From: Octopus sinensis
Taxonomy: Eukaryota
NCBI RefSeq assembly: GCF_006345805.1
Contig: NC_042998.1
Location: forward strand, 91,574,001 to 91,638,000
Length of the DNA stretch: 64,000 bases
Direction of reading: 5' to 3'
The notes under the pieces were generated by a model that saw nothing but the letters and a program-made list of their open reading frames with translations, did not search any database and was not told the origin of the DNA. Positions 1 to 13,600 of this stretch are shown here, in pieces (the stretch's first letter is position 1; each line of letters begins with the position of its first letter). A program made the position numbers and the translations under genes.

Positions 1-2470
1 TAGTCACTGAAATTGAACAGACAGAGGTTGATATTAAACCTGAATCTAAAGAGGAAGTGGCAATCCAATTTGAGATTTCTGATAAATCTGTTGAGAAAAC
101 AGAGATTACCAGAATTGATATTGATAAACCAGAAGAAGTAGTCACTGAAATTGAAAAGACAGAGGTTGATATTAAACCTGAAACTAAAGAGGAAGTGGCT
201 ATCCAATCTGAGATTTCTGATAAACCTTTTGAGACAACAGAGATTACCAGAATTGATATTGGGAAACCAGAAGAAGTAGTCACTGAAATTGAAAAGACAG
301 AGGTTGATATTAAACCTGAAACTAAAGAGGAAGTGGCTATACAACTTGTGATTTCTGAGAAACCTGTTGAGAAAACAGAGATTACCAGTATCAATATTGG
401 TAAACCAGAAGAAGTAGTCACTAAAATTGAAAAGACAGAGGTTGATATTAAACCTGAAACTAAAGAGGAAGTGGCTGTCCAACTTGAGATTTCTGATAAA
501 CCTGTTGAGAAAACAGAGATTACCAGAATTGATATTGTTAAACCAGAAGAAGTTGTCACTGAATTTGAAAAGACAGAGGTTGATATTAAACATGAAACTA
601 AAGAGGAAGTGGCTATCCAATTTGAGATTTCTGATAAACCTGTTGAGATGACAGAGATTACCAGAATTGATATTGGTAAACCAGAAGAAGTTGTCACTGA
701 AATTGAAAAGACAGAGGTTGATATTAAACCTGAAACTAAAGAAGAAGTGGCAATCCAATTCGAGATTTCTGATAAATCTGTTGATAAAACAGAGATTACC
801 AGAATTGATATTGTTAAACCAGAAGAAGTTGTCACTGAAATTGAAAAGACAGAGGTTGATATTAAACCTGAAACTAAAGAGGAAGTGGCAATACAACTTC
901 AGATTTCCGATAAACCTGTTGAGACTACGGAGATTACCAGAATTGATATTGGTAAACCAGAAGAAGTACTTACTGAAATTGAAAAGACAGATATTGATAT
1001 TAAACCAGAATCTAAAGAGGAAGTGGCTATCGAACTTGAGATTTCTGATAAACCTTTTGAGAAAATAGAGATTACCAGAATTGATATTGGTAAACCAGAA
1101 GAAGTAGTCACTGAAATTGAAAAGACCGTCGTTGATATTAAACCTGAAACTAAAGAGGAAGTGGCTATCCAATTTGAGATTTCTGATAAACCTGTTGAGA
1201 CAACAGAGATTACCAGAATTGATATTGGTAAACCAGAAGAAGTTGTCACTGAAATTGAAAAGACAGAGGTTGATATTAAACCTGAAACAAAAGAGGAAGT
1301 GGCAATCCAATTTGAGATTTCTGATAAATCTGTTGAGAAAACAGAGATTACCAGAATTAATATTGGTAAACCAGAAGAAGTTGTCACTGAAATTGAAAAG
1401 ACAGAGGTTGATATTAAACCTGAAACTAAAGAGGAAGTTGCTATCGAAATTGTGATTTGTGATAAATCTGTTGAGAAAACAGAGATTACCAGAATTGATA
1501 TTGGTAAACTAGAAGAAGTAGTGACTGAAATTGAAAAGACAGAGTTTGATATTAAACCTGAAACTAAAGAGGAAGTGGCTATCCAACTTGAGATTTCTGA
1601 TAAACCCGTTGAGAATACAGAGATTACTAGAATCGATATTGTTAAACCAGAAGAAGTAGTCACTGAAATCGAAAAGACAGAGGTCGATATTAAACCTGAA
1701 ACTAAAGAGGAAGTGGCTATCCAACTTGAGATTTCTGATAAACCTGTTGAGAAAACAGAGATTACCAGAATTGTTATTGGTGAATCAGAAGAAGTAGTCC
1801 CTGAATTTGAGAAGAAAGATCTTGATATTAAACCTGAAGCAAAACAGGAAGTGGCTATCCAACATGAGATTTCTGATAAACCTGTTGAGACAACAGAGAT
1901 TACCAGAATTGATATTGGGAAACCAGAAGAAGTAGTCACTGAAATTGAAAAGACAAAGGTTGATATTAAACCTGAAACTAAAGAGGAAGTGTCTATCCAA
2001 TTTGAGATTTCTGATAAATCTGTTGAGAAAACAGAGATTACCAGAATTGATATTGGTAAACCAGAAGAAGTAGTCACTGAAATTGAAAAGACAGAGGTGG
2101 ATATTAAACCTGAAACTAAAGAGGAAGTGCTATCCAACTTGAGATTTCTGATAAACCTGTTGAGAAAACAGAGATTACCAGAAACGATATTGGTAAACCA
2201 GATGAAGTAGTCACTGAAATTGAAAAGACAGAGGTTGATATTAAACCTGAAACTAAAGAGGAAGTGGCTATCCAATTTGAGATTTCTGATAAACCTGTTG
2301 AGACAACAGAGATTACCAGAATTGATATTGGTAAACCAGAAGAAGTTGTCACTGAAATTGAAAAGACAGAGTTTGATATTAAACCTGAAACTAAAGAGGA
2401 AGTGGCTATGCAACTTGAGATTTCTGATAAGCCTGTTGAGGGACTTGATGTTAAATCTATTGATATTGGT
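1..2470 (+). repeat. Coding tandem array, 138-nt (46-aa) unit KPEEVVTEIEKTEVDIKPETKEEVAIQFEISDKPVEKTEITRIDIG
   Basis: Motif aaaccagaagaag recurs at 126, 264 and onward (period 138); about 18 copies. Confidence 0.97.
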
Positions 2471-3467
2471 AAACCTGAGAAAACAGTAAGTGAAATTGAA
2501 ATGCTAGTGATATCTCAAGTATCTGAAGTTGTTTCTTTTCAAGAAGATCAGATAACTACTGAGAAGAATGACATTATTACTAGAAAAGAAGAAACTGAAA
2601 TTATTCCACATATGTCTATATTTGATATTGAGCCTGAAAGTACAATTCAGATTGAAGCTAAAGAAATGGAAATTAAAGAGAAGAAACCACAAATTACTGA
2701 TATTACAACAATTTCTACTGCTGTAATGAAGGAAAAACAACCAGAAGAAGTGAAACCTGTTTCTGAAATTCAACTAACAGATATATCTGAGTCGGTAATA
2801 CCAGAGAAAGTTGAAACTGCTAAAGTTAGTTCAATTATAACTACAAGCACTGAGGAACGGAAGACTGAGATTTCTCCAGAGAAAATTAGTGATATTCCTG
2901 TGGAAATGGTATTATCAATTGACTCTAAGAACGTCACATCTGAAGATCAGGTACCAATGGTTATAAAGACTGAACAGACATATACAACAGGTGAAGAAGA
3001 AGTGCAGAAAGAAATTACAGTGGAATCACTTGAAATGCCATTACAAGACTCCATAACTCTGAAATCAGTGGAAGATTCTCTGATACAAATCCCTTTGAGT
3101 TCTACTAAATTATCTCCTACCGAGGAAGCTCTTGCTCTAGATGAAAGTGATAGTGTGGGTGAAGTTGGCAATGAAATTGAAACCTCTCCTTCGTTGACGA
3201 TGAAGGTTACAGATTCGAAAATTACTTATATTGCACCTACGCCTTCCCCTGAAAAGAAAGAAAATGTTCCAGATGAGGAATATTTGCTGCCTGAAGTGGA
3301 TATTGATGAGAAAGCTTCTGAAGAAGTTATCATATCCGAAGTCAAAGAAGAAATGCCATTTGAATTTCCCAGAATTCCACATGTACCAGATATTTTTAGT
3401 GGAGATATAAAAAGCCTTCCTGGTCCTGAAATCCTTCACTCGTTGAAAGAAGTTGTTGAAGACATAG
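1..3467 (+). CDS. Giant repeat exon A (5' end outside window): about 18 x 46-aa repeats then one diverged copy of the long unit
   Basis: ORFs 57-2210 and 2264-3529 are joined by one -1 deletion near 2128 (gaagtgctatcc vs gaagtggctatcc in other copies). Phase-1 donor GACATAG|GTATTT at 3467/3468. Confidence 0.8.
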
Positions 3468-3775
3468 GTATTTTGTGGAGTATTATCCAGGATTTCACTT
3501 ATGCTTCTACACTTGCTGCTACTGCTTGACTATACAGAAGCATATATATATATGTAGCTTACCAATGCCTTGGTAGCATGCTTCAGTTTTGTATTAAGAT
3601 GTCTTTATACGTACTTAACCAGTGTATTTGTTTTTATGTCTCTTTCAGCTCAGTAATTTGTCAATAGTTTTGTCAGGTCTCTGTAATTTCTGATAATCAA
3701 GGAGTTTAACATTGTTTTTATTAAACAGAAGATGCTTTCTTAATATTATATTGTCATGCATGTTGCTTTGCCTTC
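3468..3775 (+). promoter_or_regulatory. Conserved intronic element downstream of exon A (YGCY cluster, TGCATG, 3'ss-like tract); copy 1 of 3
   Basis: Aligns by eye with 17310-17620 and 30023-30340: cttgctgctactgct, TTTTATGTCTCTTTCAG (ends 3648), TGCATG at 3757-3762. A second shared block carries TGCATG at 4456. Confidence 0.6.
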
Positions 3776-4079
3776 ATGTTTAAAATGATATTATGTAATA
3801 TAAGATTGGATACTCTTCTCCATCATGCTCTCTCTTCATTCTCTGTCTGTCTCTTCTTCCTTTCTCCCTTTGTCCTTTGTATCTTTCCCTCCTCTCAATG
3901 CCTTCATTTTTTATCATACATTTTTCTCTTTCTGGTCTCTTCATGTCTCTCCCTCTTTCCTTACATTTATTATTTCTACTATGTTTTCTCTAAGTTTTCT
4001 TTTGTTTTGAAACTGATTTTTGCAACCTTTCTTTTTTGTGTCCTTTCCCTTTCTGCCATTTTCATTTTTTCTTTCATTA

Positions 4080-4245
4080 ACTCCTGCTGCTCCTCCTCCT
4101 CCCCCTCCTCCCTCTCCCTCCTCCCCCTCCTCCCTCTCCTCCCTCTCCCTCCTCCCCCTCCTCCTATCCCCTCTCCCTCTCCCTCTCCCTCCTCCTCTCC
4201 CCCCTCTTCCCCCATCCCCCTCCTTCTTCATCATCTCCCTTTCTC
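4080..4245. repeat. C/T-rich (CTC/CCCT) low-complexity tract
   Basis: Almost pure pyrimidine run; it produces the spurious poly-P/S and poly-G/E ORFs in the track. Confidence 0.9.
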
Positions 4246-7200
4246 ACTTTTTTCTGTAGAAATCTCTGTACTTTATTACGGTGTAAATATTCTAAATCTG
4301 CTTTTTTCCTCTTAGAATATATTTGAAGATATTTAGTATTGAATACATTCATCAATACTGGTAACTTCTAACTAATTCTTTATCATATATGATTGTTTAT
4401 AGGTCCAATATTTGTGCATCATACGTTATTTCATGTTAGTGTGTAAGGTTTCACTTGCATGAAAACATGGCTACAATAATTGCAATTTTTGCACAAATGT
4501 AAAATTATACACTTGCAGTATGGAAGCTTGTATTAATTCACACACAATACAGTTTTTGTCTTTTTAATAAGGGGATTATAAGAAGAAATATTTCACCAGT
4601 TATTTCACTTTTTTATATATAGTTTATGTAATGTTGTAATTCATAATTAAATGTGTGTGTGTGTGTATGAGTATACAACAATATGTGTAAAAGGATAACT
4701 CAAAATGTGAAGTAAAAATCCTATTATTTCTTATTATCAAAGAGTCCTTATAAACAGATGTTTTCTTAGTATTCCTTTTACTCAGAATAGACTCAGAAAA
4801 ATATTTTTTCTCAATCTAGTTTTAAAATTAGTGCTTGTATTTTGAAGGCAAATTTTTTATCCTTTTTTACATAAAGGAATAGATCTCTTGATATGATATA
4901 AAATCAGAGAAACTTATAAAAATAAACATAGAAAGAAATAATGACAAATAATATATGAGACATTACTATTGTAAAATCTCATTTCTGAAATTTAAACATG
5001 TACTGTTATATTTCTTGTGAAAGGTTTCATATAGTGTTTATCTTAGAAAATTTTGTTTTATTTTTGTGATGTTTTGCACACCTTACTTGTCAGTCTTCTT
5101 GAGATCTCTCCATCCCTTTTGTCTAGAACATAGAATTCAGTTTTAATTTACACTTGTCTTACAAATTGAGCAAAACTACTTTCCTTGTTGTCCAAGAATT
5201 TTCTGTTCTCAGTTACTTGTTAGTATTTTTGCCATTATGAATATCACAATATTTTGAACTGTAGCTGGTTCCACTTTCCTAAGAGATTATAGGATGAAAA
5301 CCAGGTTGTCTTCTAATAAAAAATTCCAATGACATTCAAATGGGAAAAATATCAGTATTATTTTAGTAATTACAACTAACTACAAAGAATTATACTAAGA
5401 AGTCCAGGACAGAGACTAAGTAAATATCTTCACACAGAATTCTTTACTGAACTTGCTGATGATCTTAACATTGATTTCAAGAACTTTGTACATGGTTTTA
5501 TTTTTCTCTCACAGATTATTGATCTACTGCTACACATCTGTCCATGCAAGTAATTAAAGCATGGGAGGTTGTTATAGCTGGGTCCCAAGTTGACAAATCC
5601 ATAGTGAAATATTTGCTTTCTTTTAAAAGCTCCTCATACTATTTTCTGATCATTTCTACCTTCAAATCAAAATTACAACTTTTCTAAGCTAATCATATCT
5701 TGCATTAACTGCAAAATATTGTAAATCCACTTGTTCATACCCTCAGTTATGCAATACATCCCTTTCATTTTTGTATCACTTTTTAATGGCCTCGCCAGTC
5801 ATTATACCTAACAGCTTCCTGGACTACCTTATCTAGCAACTTTTTGTAATGATACTTTTAAGGCTACATTTCTACTCACAAAACTGGAAAATTGCAGGAG
5901 TGTTGTTCTCAACATACTTCTAATACCAGTCAAGTTCATATAATAATATTGTCTTGCAATTAAGAATAGTGAACAGCTCTTATTCTCATTGAGAATTATT
6001 CTACTCTCAGATTCTTTGCTGGTTAAATAAAATTGACATCTTATCTCTGACCTAGATTTCTGATACCTCCTTTTGCTACCCATTTTTTCTTAGTCCTTTC
6101 AATACATAAGCTTCACTATTAAAACTTTGAAATCACAAGCTATTATGATAACATATCTGTCATCAATTTTGGGGTTACTTATTATATTGATGATTCTAGT
6201 TATTTGTTACAATTTTCATTTGCCATTGAAAGTTTTGAGTTATTGAAGAGATAAAAGGGGAAGTAAAATAATGGAATAGAATATTTTTTTAAAATGTTAA
6301 TTGTATTTTGCTCTGCAATATAGATTTAACAGCTTCATTAGTGAAACTGTAAATTTGTTAAAAATGTCAGGCTAATGTTTTGTTGTATCTGCACATGTAG
6401 TTGCTATATAGAACAATTGATTTATGTATAATTGTTTATCTTGGTCAACAGAATTGTCATATGTATTAATTAATGTATACTGTATTGTGACTTGCTTGTT
6501 TTTTCAATTAAAATGAAAATTATTTTCTTATATTTATTATTGATTGTAATTGTTGAAAACTGTCTTTTACAACCTTCAGTGCAAACTTTGTTTATATTTA
6601 AAAACAAACCTACCTAGTTCTTTTGATGTAATTATCTTAATACACATGATGTTTGAATATTGAATGCTTACAAATAATTTTCAAACATTGAAAAGAGCTT
6701 CGTTGTTTATTATATGATGGGCTTGACAGTAATTGTATTTCTATTCCTGATTTCCAAATTGGTGTCACTTCTTTAGATTCTTAGTTTTTGCCAAGATTGC
6801 ATTCTTTGATTTCAATCTCTAAGTAAATCAGAAACTCCATTCATATTTAGATGAAAAAAAAAAAGAGAAAAAAACATATGAATTTGGTATTTGATTTAGT
6901 TAATGAAATTTAAAACTTTTTTCCAGAATTTTGTTTATAGAAGCTATATTTAATTAATCTTAACAAATGAATTTATATAGTTTCTCAGTGTGTAATATTT
7001 AGAAGAACAAATAAATCTTTAATGAATACATTGTATATATATATATATATATATACAAGAAATAATTAAGATTCAGTTGAATTGGGTACTTAAGTTGAGG
7101 TACCAATTTAGTCTGGTATTATCTGCATAGCTCAAAGTAAGGTGAATAAAATTAAATAAGTAACAAGATGTCAAGTATTAATGCAATACAACCATTTCAG

Positions 7201-7404
7201 GTGGGTCCATTTATACCGAACAACACAAGCATTAAATCAATTTAAATGCAGTGCCATCTTCAGTTGCAAAAAATATGGACTTTCAACAGACAAGATATAT
7301 TATTTTATCAGAGTTAGAGGATGAAGGAATTTCATGTTGCCACTGTTGCAGCAGAAAAAATCTGCAATAGAGGCAACCATGGAATTCTTTCATCCTCTAG
7401 CTCT

Positions 7405-7993
<589 letters not shown>

Positions 7994-7999
7994 CATATA

Positions 8000-8035
<36 letters not shown>

Positions 8036-8179
8036 TATATAATCCAAGGAAGAGTCAATTTCTTTTAAAGGGATGGAAAACATCCAACTTTCTCTGGTTC
8101 TTCAGTTAAATACCACAATATAGTAGAGAAGTAGAGAGAAAAATCAGAACTTAAAATGGTATTATTTAAAAAAACGTAA

Positions 8180-8671
8180 ATATTAAAAGAAATAGAAAAA
8201 TACAATTGGCATATTATAAATTTATTAACATTATAGTATAATATAATTATACTATGAAAACATATAATGTAATATGATTTAGTATAACAAATTAATAAAA
8301 CAAATATATATCTTACAATCTGTTTCGTTTCATATCCGCTAGTGAATTTATGTATATGGATCTCATCAGGTAATATCTGTCTAAAAAATGTACAAAAATT
8401 TCATGAAATTTCATAAAATAGTCTATTTTATGACTTAACAGTCCTTGCATGAAATTTTTGTCTATTTTTTAGACAAACATTATCCTGGCGAGGTCCATAT
8501 ACATAAATGTGATTTTTTTATAAATTCACAAGTGGATATGAATCGAAACAAATTGTAGGTTATATATTAATTTTATTTAATTTTTATATTATATCAATTT
8601 ATAGTATAATTATATTATATTAATTTGTTAATAAATTTATAATACATCAATTGTATTTCTCTATTTCCTTT

Positions 8672-8676
<5 letters not shown>
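8180..8676. mobile_element. About 500-bp imperfect foldback (MITE-like palindrome)
   Basis: Arm 8180-8405 is the reverse complement of 8448-8676 (e.g. tacaatctgtttcg...gtgaattta vs taaattcac...cgaaacaaattgta). The loop contains a nested palindrome at 8411-8433. Confidence 0.85.
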
Positions 8677-8703
<27 letters not shown>

Positions 8704-8984
8704 ACAGCCAACTTATGTTTTGGTGAATTCTTCATGTCACATTTGATTACAGAATATTTAATGGCTACTTTTTACTGTTACTATTACATTTTGTGTCATT
8801 ATAAATATTTTTTTTACTAAACAATTATTTACCCTTCTTTTAGAAATTTATAATCTGTTTTTTTTTTGTGTTGCAATTTACATTTTTAAGATATTTAAAA
8901 TGAATTTACTGTTATAGTTTGTCTTGTATTGTTGAATAATTTGTTAGATGTAATATATATATGTTTCCTTTTAATAATGTGTCT

Positions 8985-9270
8985 CTTTCACTTAACTCTT
9001 TTTGTTTATTTCAGGTAAGTTGCCCGTTTTTGAATTGAATTTCTGTTACCAGATACCAAATTCAATCTCTATAATCCACATGTACCATTTACAATACTAC
9101 AGAACCATAGCTTGTATATCAGTTATGGTTAACATTTATGGTAATGTGTATCCTTATGTGAGAAGAACATAAAAGGTTACAGTTATTCAACAGAGGAAGT
9201 AGGTATTAAATTTTAAAATTATGAATGATTTACCAAAGTTATGATTTAATTTTCTACACCCCAGGTATGT
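8985..9270 (+). promoter_or_regulatory. Putative recursive splice site (YnCAG|GTAAGT at 9014/9015) plus downstream donor CAG|GTATGT at 9264/9265
   Basis: Polypyrimidine tract ctctttttgtttatttCAG directly abuts a perfect GTAAGT donor; a homologous arrangement occurs at 22115-22406. Confidence 0.6.
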
Positions 9271-10661
9271 AATCCTATAATTTCTATTTTCAAGAATTAA
9301 AATGTTTTATGATAGGCAGATAGGAAATTTAATTTTACCTCCAAATTGTTTTATCCTGCTAATCAATCTTAATTTCAGATATTCAGTTATCTTTTTTGTT
9401 ACTTATTTATTAAATATATTGATCAGTTTTCATACATTTTGTCAGGAGAAATTAAAGAAGAATATTTCTGAAAGTTGGAGAACATATTTCTGATTTTTAA
9501 ACAAGGCTATAAAAATTAATTTAAAATCAATACTTAATTTAAAACATAGTTTTATATTTTTAACCCTTGGACATTAACTTTTATATCAATCATACTGAGA
9601 TATATTTAAAGATGTTTTTAAAAAAATAATGCAAATAAGAAACCTTTGGTAATTTTACCAATTAGATAACTGAGCATTGTTTTTACACTTTACTTGTTCA
9701 AGTGAGAAAAAACCCATCATTCCTGAATGCTTTTATTGCATTCGTGCATGAATTCATGGGAAAAATATATGCATTCTGTATAAAAGAATAATAGGTGCTT
9801 ATGTGCAGACCCATGTATACATATACAATACACACACTCACACAATTACACACACGCACACTGATGTATGGAAAATCATGTTGAATAGAAGATAAAAAAA
9901 AAGTATGTGGCAATAAGATTGATTTTGGAGAACAACAAAACTACAACCAATAATTTTCTTTTGATGGAAATTTATTCAAAGATTGTTTCCCATCTCTTTG
10001 GAAAATATTTGTATTTGATGAATTGGTATAAGTATCTCTTGCATAGACATGCAGAACAATAAAATTCTTGCCTTATGTTCATCCATCATTTTCTACATGA
10101 ATTCTATTCAACCATTGTAAGAATTTATTAAATAACAACAGTTTATATCATATCAGACCAACTTTACATACAGCTTAGAATCTGAAGTTAAGAAAAAAAA
10201 GACAAATACATAGTATTAAGTCAGCAGAAATCTCTGAGTAAGTAAAAATTAAAAAATGTTGGAAACAGCTATTATTAAAATCCTATACGGACGCATACAA
10301 GAAATATTTAAATGTGCTTCCAGATGGTCATTCAAAGATCAATGAAAGTTTCATCCATACAACATTCAGATAAATTTCTAAACATATGCCCTATATTAAA
10401 AAGGATCCTCATTTACATCAGAGTATTGCACAAGTTCAACCTGTAATAAGTCTAAATACTATTAACCATCATAAATTACTCCTCTTTCAAGGTAATATTC
10501 TCTATATTACATGAAATTAATATTTGTTCTTTATTTCTCTCATTTAGATGTAAACAAAATTTCATATTTCTTTAAATCAAGGGAAGATAAATAACCATCA
10601 GATAAAACTCTGATTATTATATGAGAATGTATTTTTTAAAAACTTATTTGATTTACATTAG

Positions 10662-13600
10662 GTGATATGCCAGTTGTTAGAGAAATAACAAAGACAGACG
10701 AAGAAGAAGAAAAGATTAAAGAAATACCAGAAATGGCACTGCAGGAAGTTGCAGAAATAAAAGAAAGTTTACCATCTTTAGAAACACCTGAAAGCATTAA
10801 AATGGATATAAATGTACAAATAACTTCAGATGTAGTAAAAGCTAAAACAGATGAAGTAAAAGATATGAAGGAAAAAGATGTTGAAAAAGAAATAGCCACA
10901 TCCGATGAGGTATATATTTCTCACAGAGAACAAATAACAACGGCACCAACATCATTTGAGACAATTATTGATAAGAAAATAGACAAGAAGGATAAAATTA
11001 AGGAAAAGACGGAGGTTGATATTAAGCCAGAAACTAAAGAAGAAGTATCTATCCAACTTGATATTAGTGATAAACCTGTCGAGAAAACAGAAGTCATATA
11101 CATTGATATTGGTAAACCTGAGAAACCAGTCAGTGAAATTGAAGTACAAGTTGCACCTCAAGTACCTGAGGTTATTTCTATAGAAAAAGATCAGGTATCT
11201 ACCGATAAGAGAGAAATTATCATTAGCAAAGAAGAAACTGAAGTTATTCCAGAAATGTCTACATTTGACATTGTGCCAGACAGTACAATTCAGATCGAAG
11301 CTAAAGAAATGGAAATTAAAGAGAAGAAACCACAAATTACTGATATTACAGCAATTTCTACTGCTGTAATGAAGGAAAAACAACCAGAAGAAGAAGTGAA
11401 ACCTGTTTCTGAAATTCAACTTACAGATGTATCTGAGACGGTAATACCAGAGAAAGTTGAAACTGCTAAAGTTACCTCAATTATAACTACAAGCACTGAG
11501 GAACGGAAGACCAAGATTTCTCCAGAGAAAATTAGTGATATTCCTGTGGAAATGGTATTATCAATTGACTCTAAGAAAGTCACATCTGAAGATCAAGTAC
11601 CAATGGTTATAAAGACTGAACAGACATATACAACAGGTGAAGAAGAGGTGGAGAAAGAAATTACAGTGCAGACATTGGAAATGCCTTTACAAGACACAGT
11701 AACTGTAAAACCAGTGGAAGAAACTGGTATTCAGATTTCTGTGAGTTCTACTAAAGCATCTGCTATTGAAGAAGCTCCTGTTGAAGATGTAACTGATAAG
11801 GTTGTTGAAATCAGCAAGGAAAGTGAAATCATTCCTGTGAGTAAAGAAGTGAAAGGTATCTCTGAAATGACCATTATAAGTGCTCCATCAGTAAGTGTTG
11901 TGAGTACAGCTGAAGAAGAGCTTTCTGAAGAAGAATTCTTTGATATTCCATCAACTGAAGAAAAAAAGTGGAACCTAAAGAAGTTTCTGATGAGGAAAAA
12001 GACACATCAGTTAGTGTACGTGATGAGATTCGCAGCAGAAGATGTGTTAGTTGATGCTATTGAACATATCACTGATATAGAGAAGAACATGTAGAGATAC
12101 CTAAGTCTGCAGCTGTTGTTAGCACTGATCTTCAAGAGATTACAATTAAAGAGACAATTCCTACTGAAATTGTACATGAAGAAGTAGTTTCAAAGGAACC
12201 TGTTGAAAAGACAGAATTTGTTATTAAACCAGAAACTATAGAGGAAATGTCTATTCAACTTGACATTGGTGCTAAGCCTGTTGAGAAAACAGAAGTTGTA
12301 TCCATTGATATTGGTAAACCAGAAAAAGTTGTCACTGAAATTGAAAAGACAGAGGTTGAAATTAAACCAGAAACTAAAGAGGAAGTCTCAATCCAACTTG
12401 ACATTGGTGATAAACCTGTTGAGAAAACAGAAGTTATCTCCATTGATATTGGTAAACCCGAGAAACCAGTCACTGAAATAGAAATGCAAGTGGCACCTCA
12501 AGTACCTGAGATAATTTCTATAGAAAAGGAACCAATCACTATTGATCAAAGGAAAATTATCATTAGCAAAGAAGAAACTGAAGTTATTCCAGAAATTTCT
12601 ACGTTTGATATTGTGCCAGACAGTACAATTCAGATCGAAGCTAAAGAAATGGAAATTAAAGAGAAGAAACCACAAATTACTGATATTACAGCAATTTCTA
12701 CTGCTGTAATGAAGGAAAAACAACCAGAAGAAGAAGTGGAACATGTTTCTGAAATTCAACCAACAGATGTATCTGAGACGGTAATACCAGAGAAAGTTGA
12801 AACTGCTAAAGTTACCTCAATTATAACTACAAGCACTGAGGAACGGAAGACCAAGATTTCTCCAGAGAAAATTAGTGATATTCCTGTGGAAATGGTAGTA
12901 TCAATTGACTCTAAGAAAGTTACATCTGAAGATCAGGTACCAATGGTTATAAAGACTGAACAGACATATACAACAGGGGAAGAGGAGGTGGAGAAAGAAA
13001 TTACAGTGCAGACATTGGAAATGCCATTACAAGACTCAGTAACTGTAAAACCAGTGGAAGAAACTGGTATTCAGATTTCCGTGAGTTCTACTAAAGCATC
13101 TGCTATTGAAGAAGCTCCTGTTGAAGATGTAACTGATAAGGTTATTGAAATCAGCAAGGAAAGTGAAATCATTCCTGTGAGTAAAGAAGTGAAAGATATC
13201 TCTGAAATGACCATTATAAGTGCTCCATCAGTAAGTGTTGTGAGTACAGCTGAAGAAGAGCTTTCTGAAGAAGAATTCTTTGATATTCCATCAACTGAAG
13301 AAAAGAAAGTGGAACCTAAAGAGGTTTCTGATGAAGAAAAAGACACATCAGTTAGTGTACGTGATGAGATTCGCACAGCAGAAGATGTGTTAGTTGATGC
13401 TATTGAACATATCACTGATATAGAGAAAGAACATGTAGAGATACCTAAGTCTGCAGCTGTTGTTAGCACTGATCTTCAAGAGATTACAATTAAAGAGACA
13501 ATTCCTACTGAAATTGTACATGAAGAAGTAGTTTCAAAGGAACCTGTTGAAAAGACAGAATTTGTTATTAAACCAAAACTATAGAGGAAATGTCTATTCA

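Noticed and set aside
899-2413. 504-aa antisense ORF and the many other minus-strand or alternate-frame ORFs over exons A-D
   Set aside because: By-products of repetitive, biased codon usage on the plus strand; they recur with the repeat period and have no independent domain signal.
1-2470. Regular repeats as a CRISPR array
   Set aside because: Contiguous in-frame coding units with no unique spacers, in a eukaryotic intron-exon context with no cas genes.
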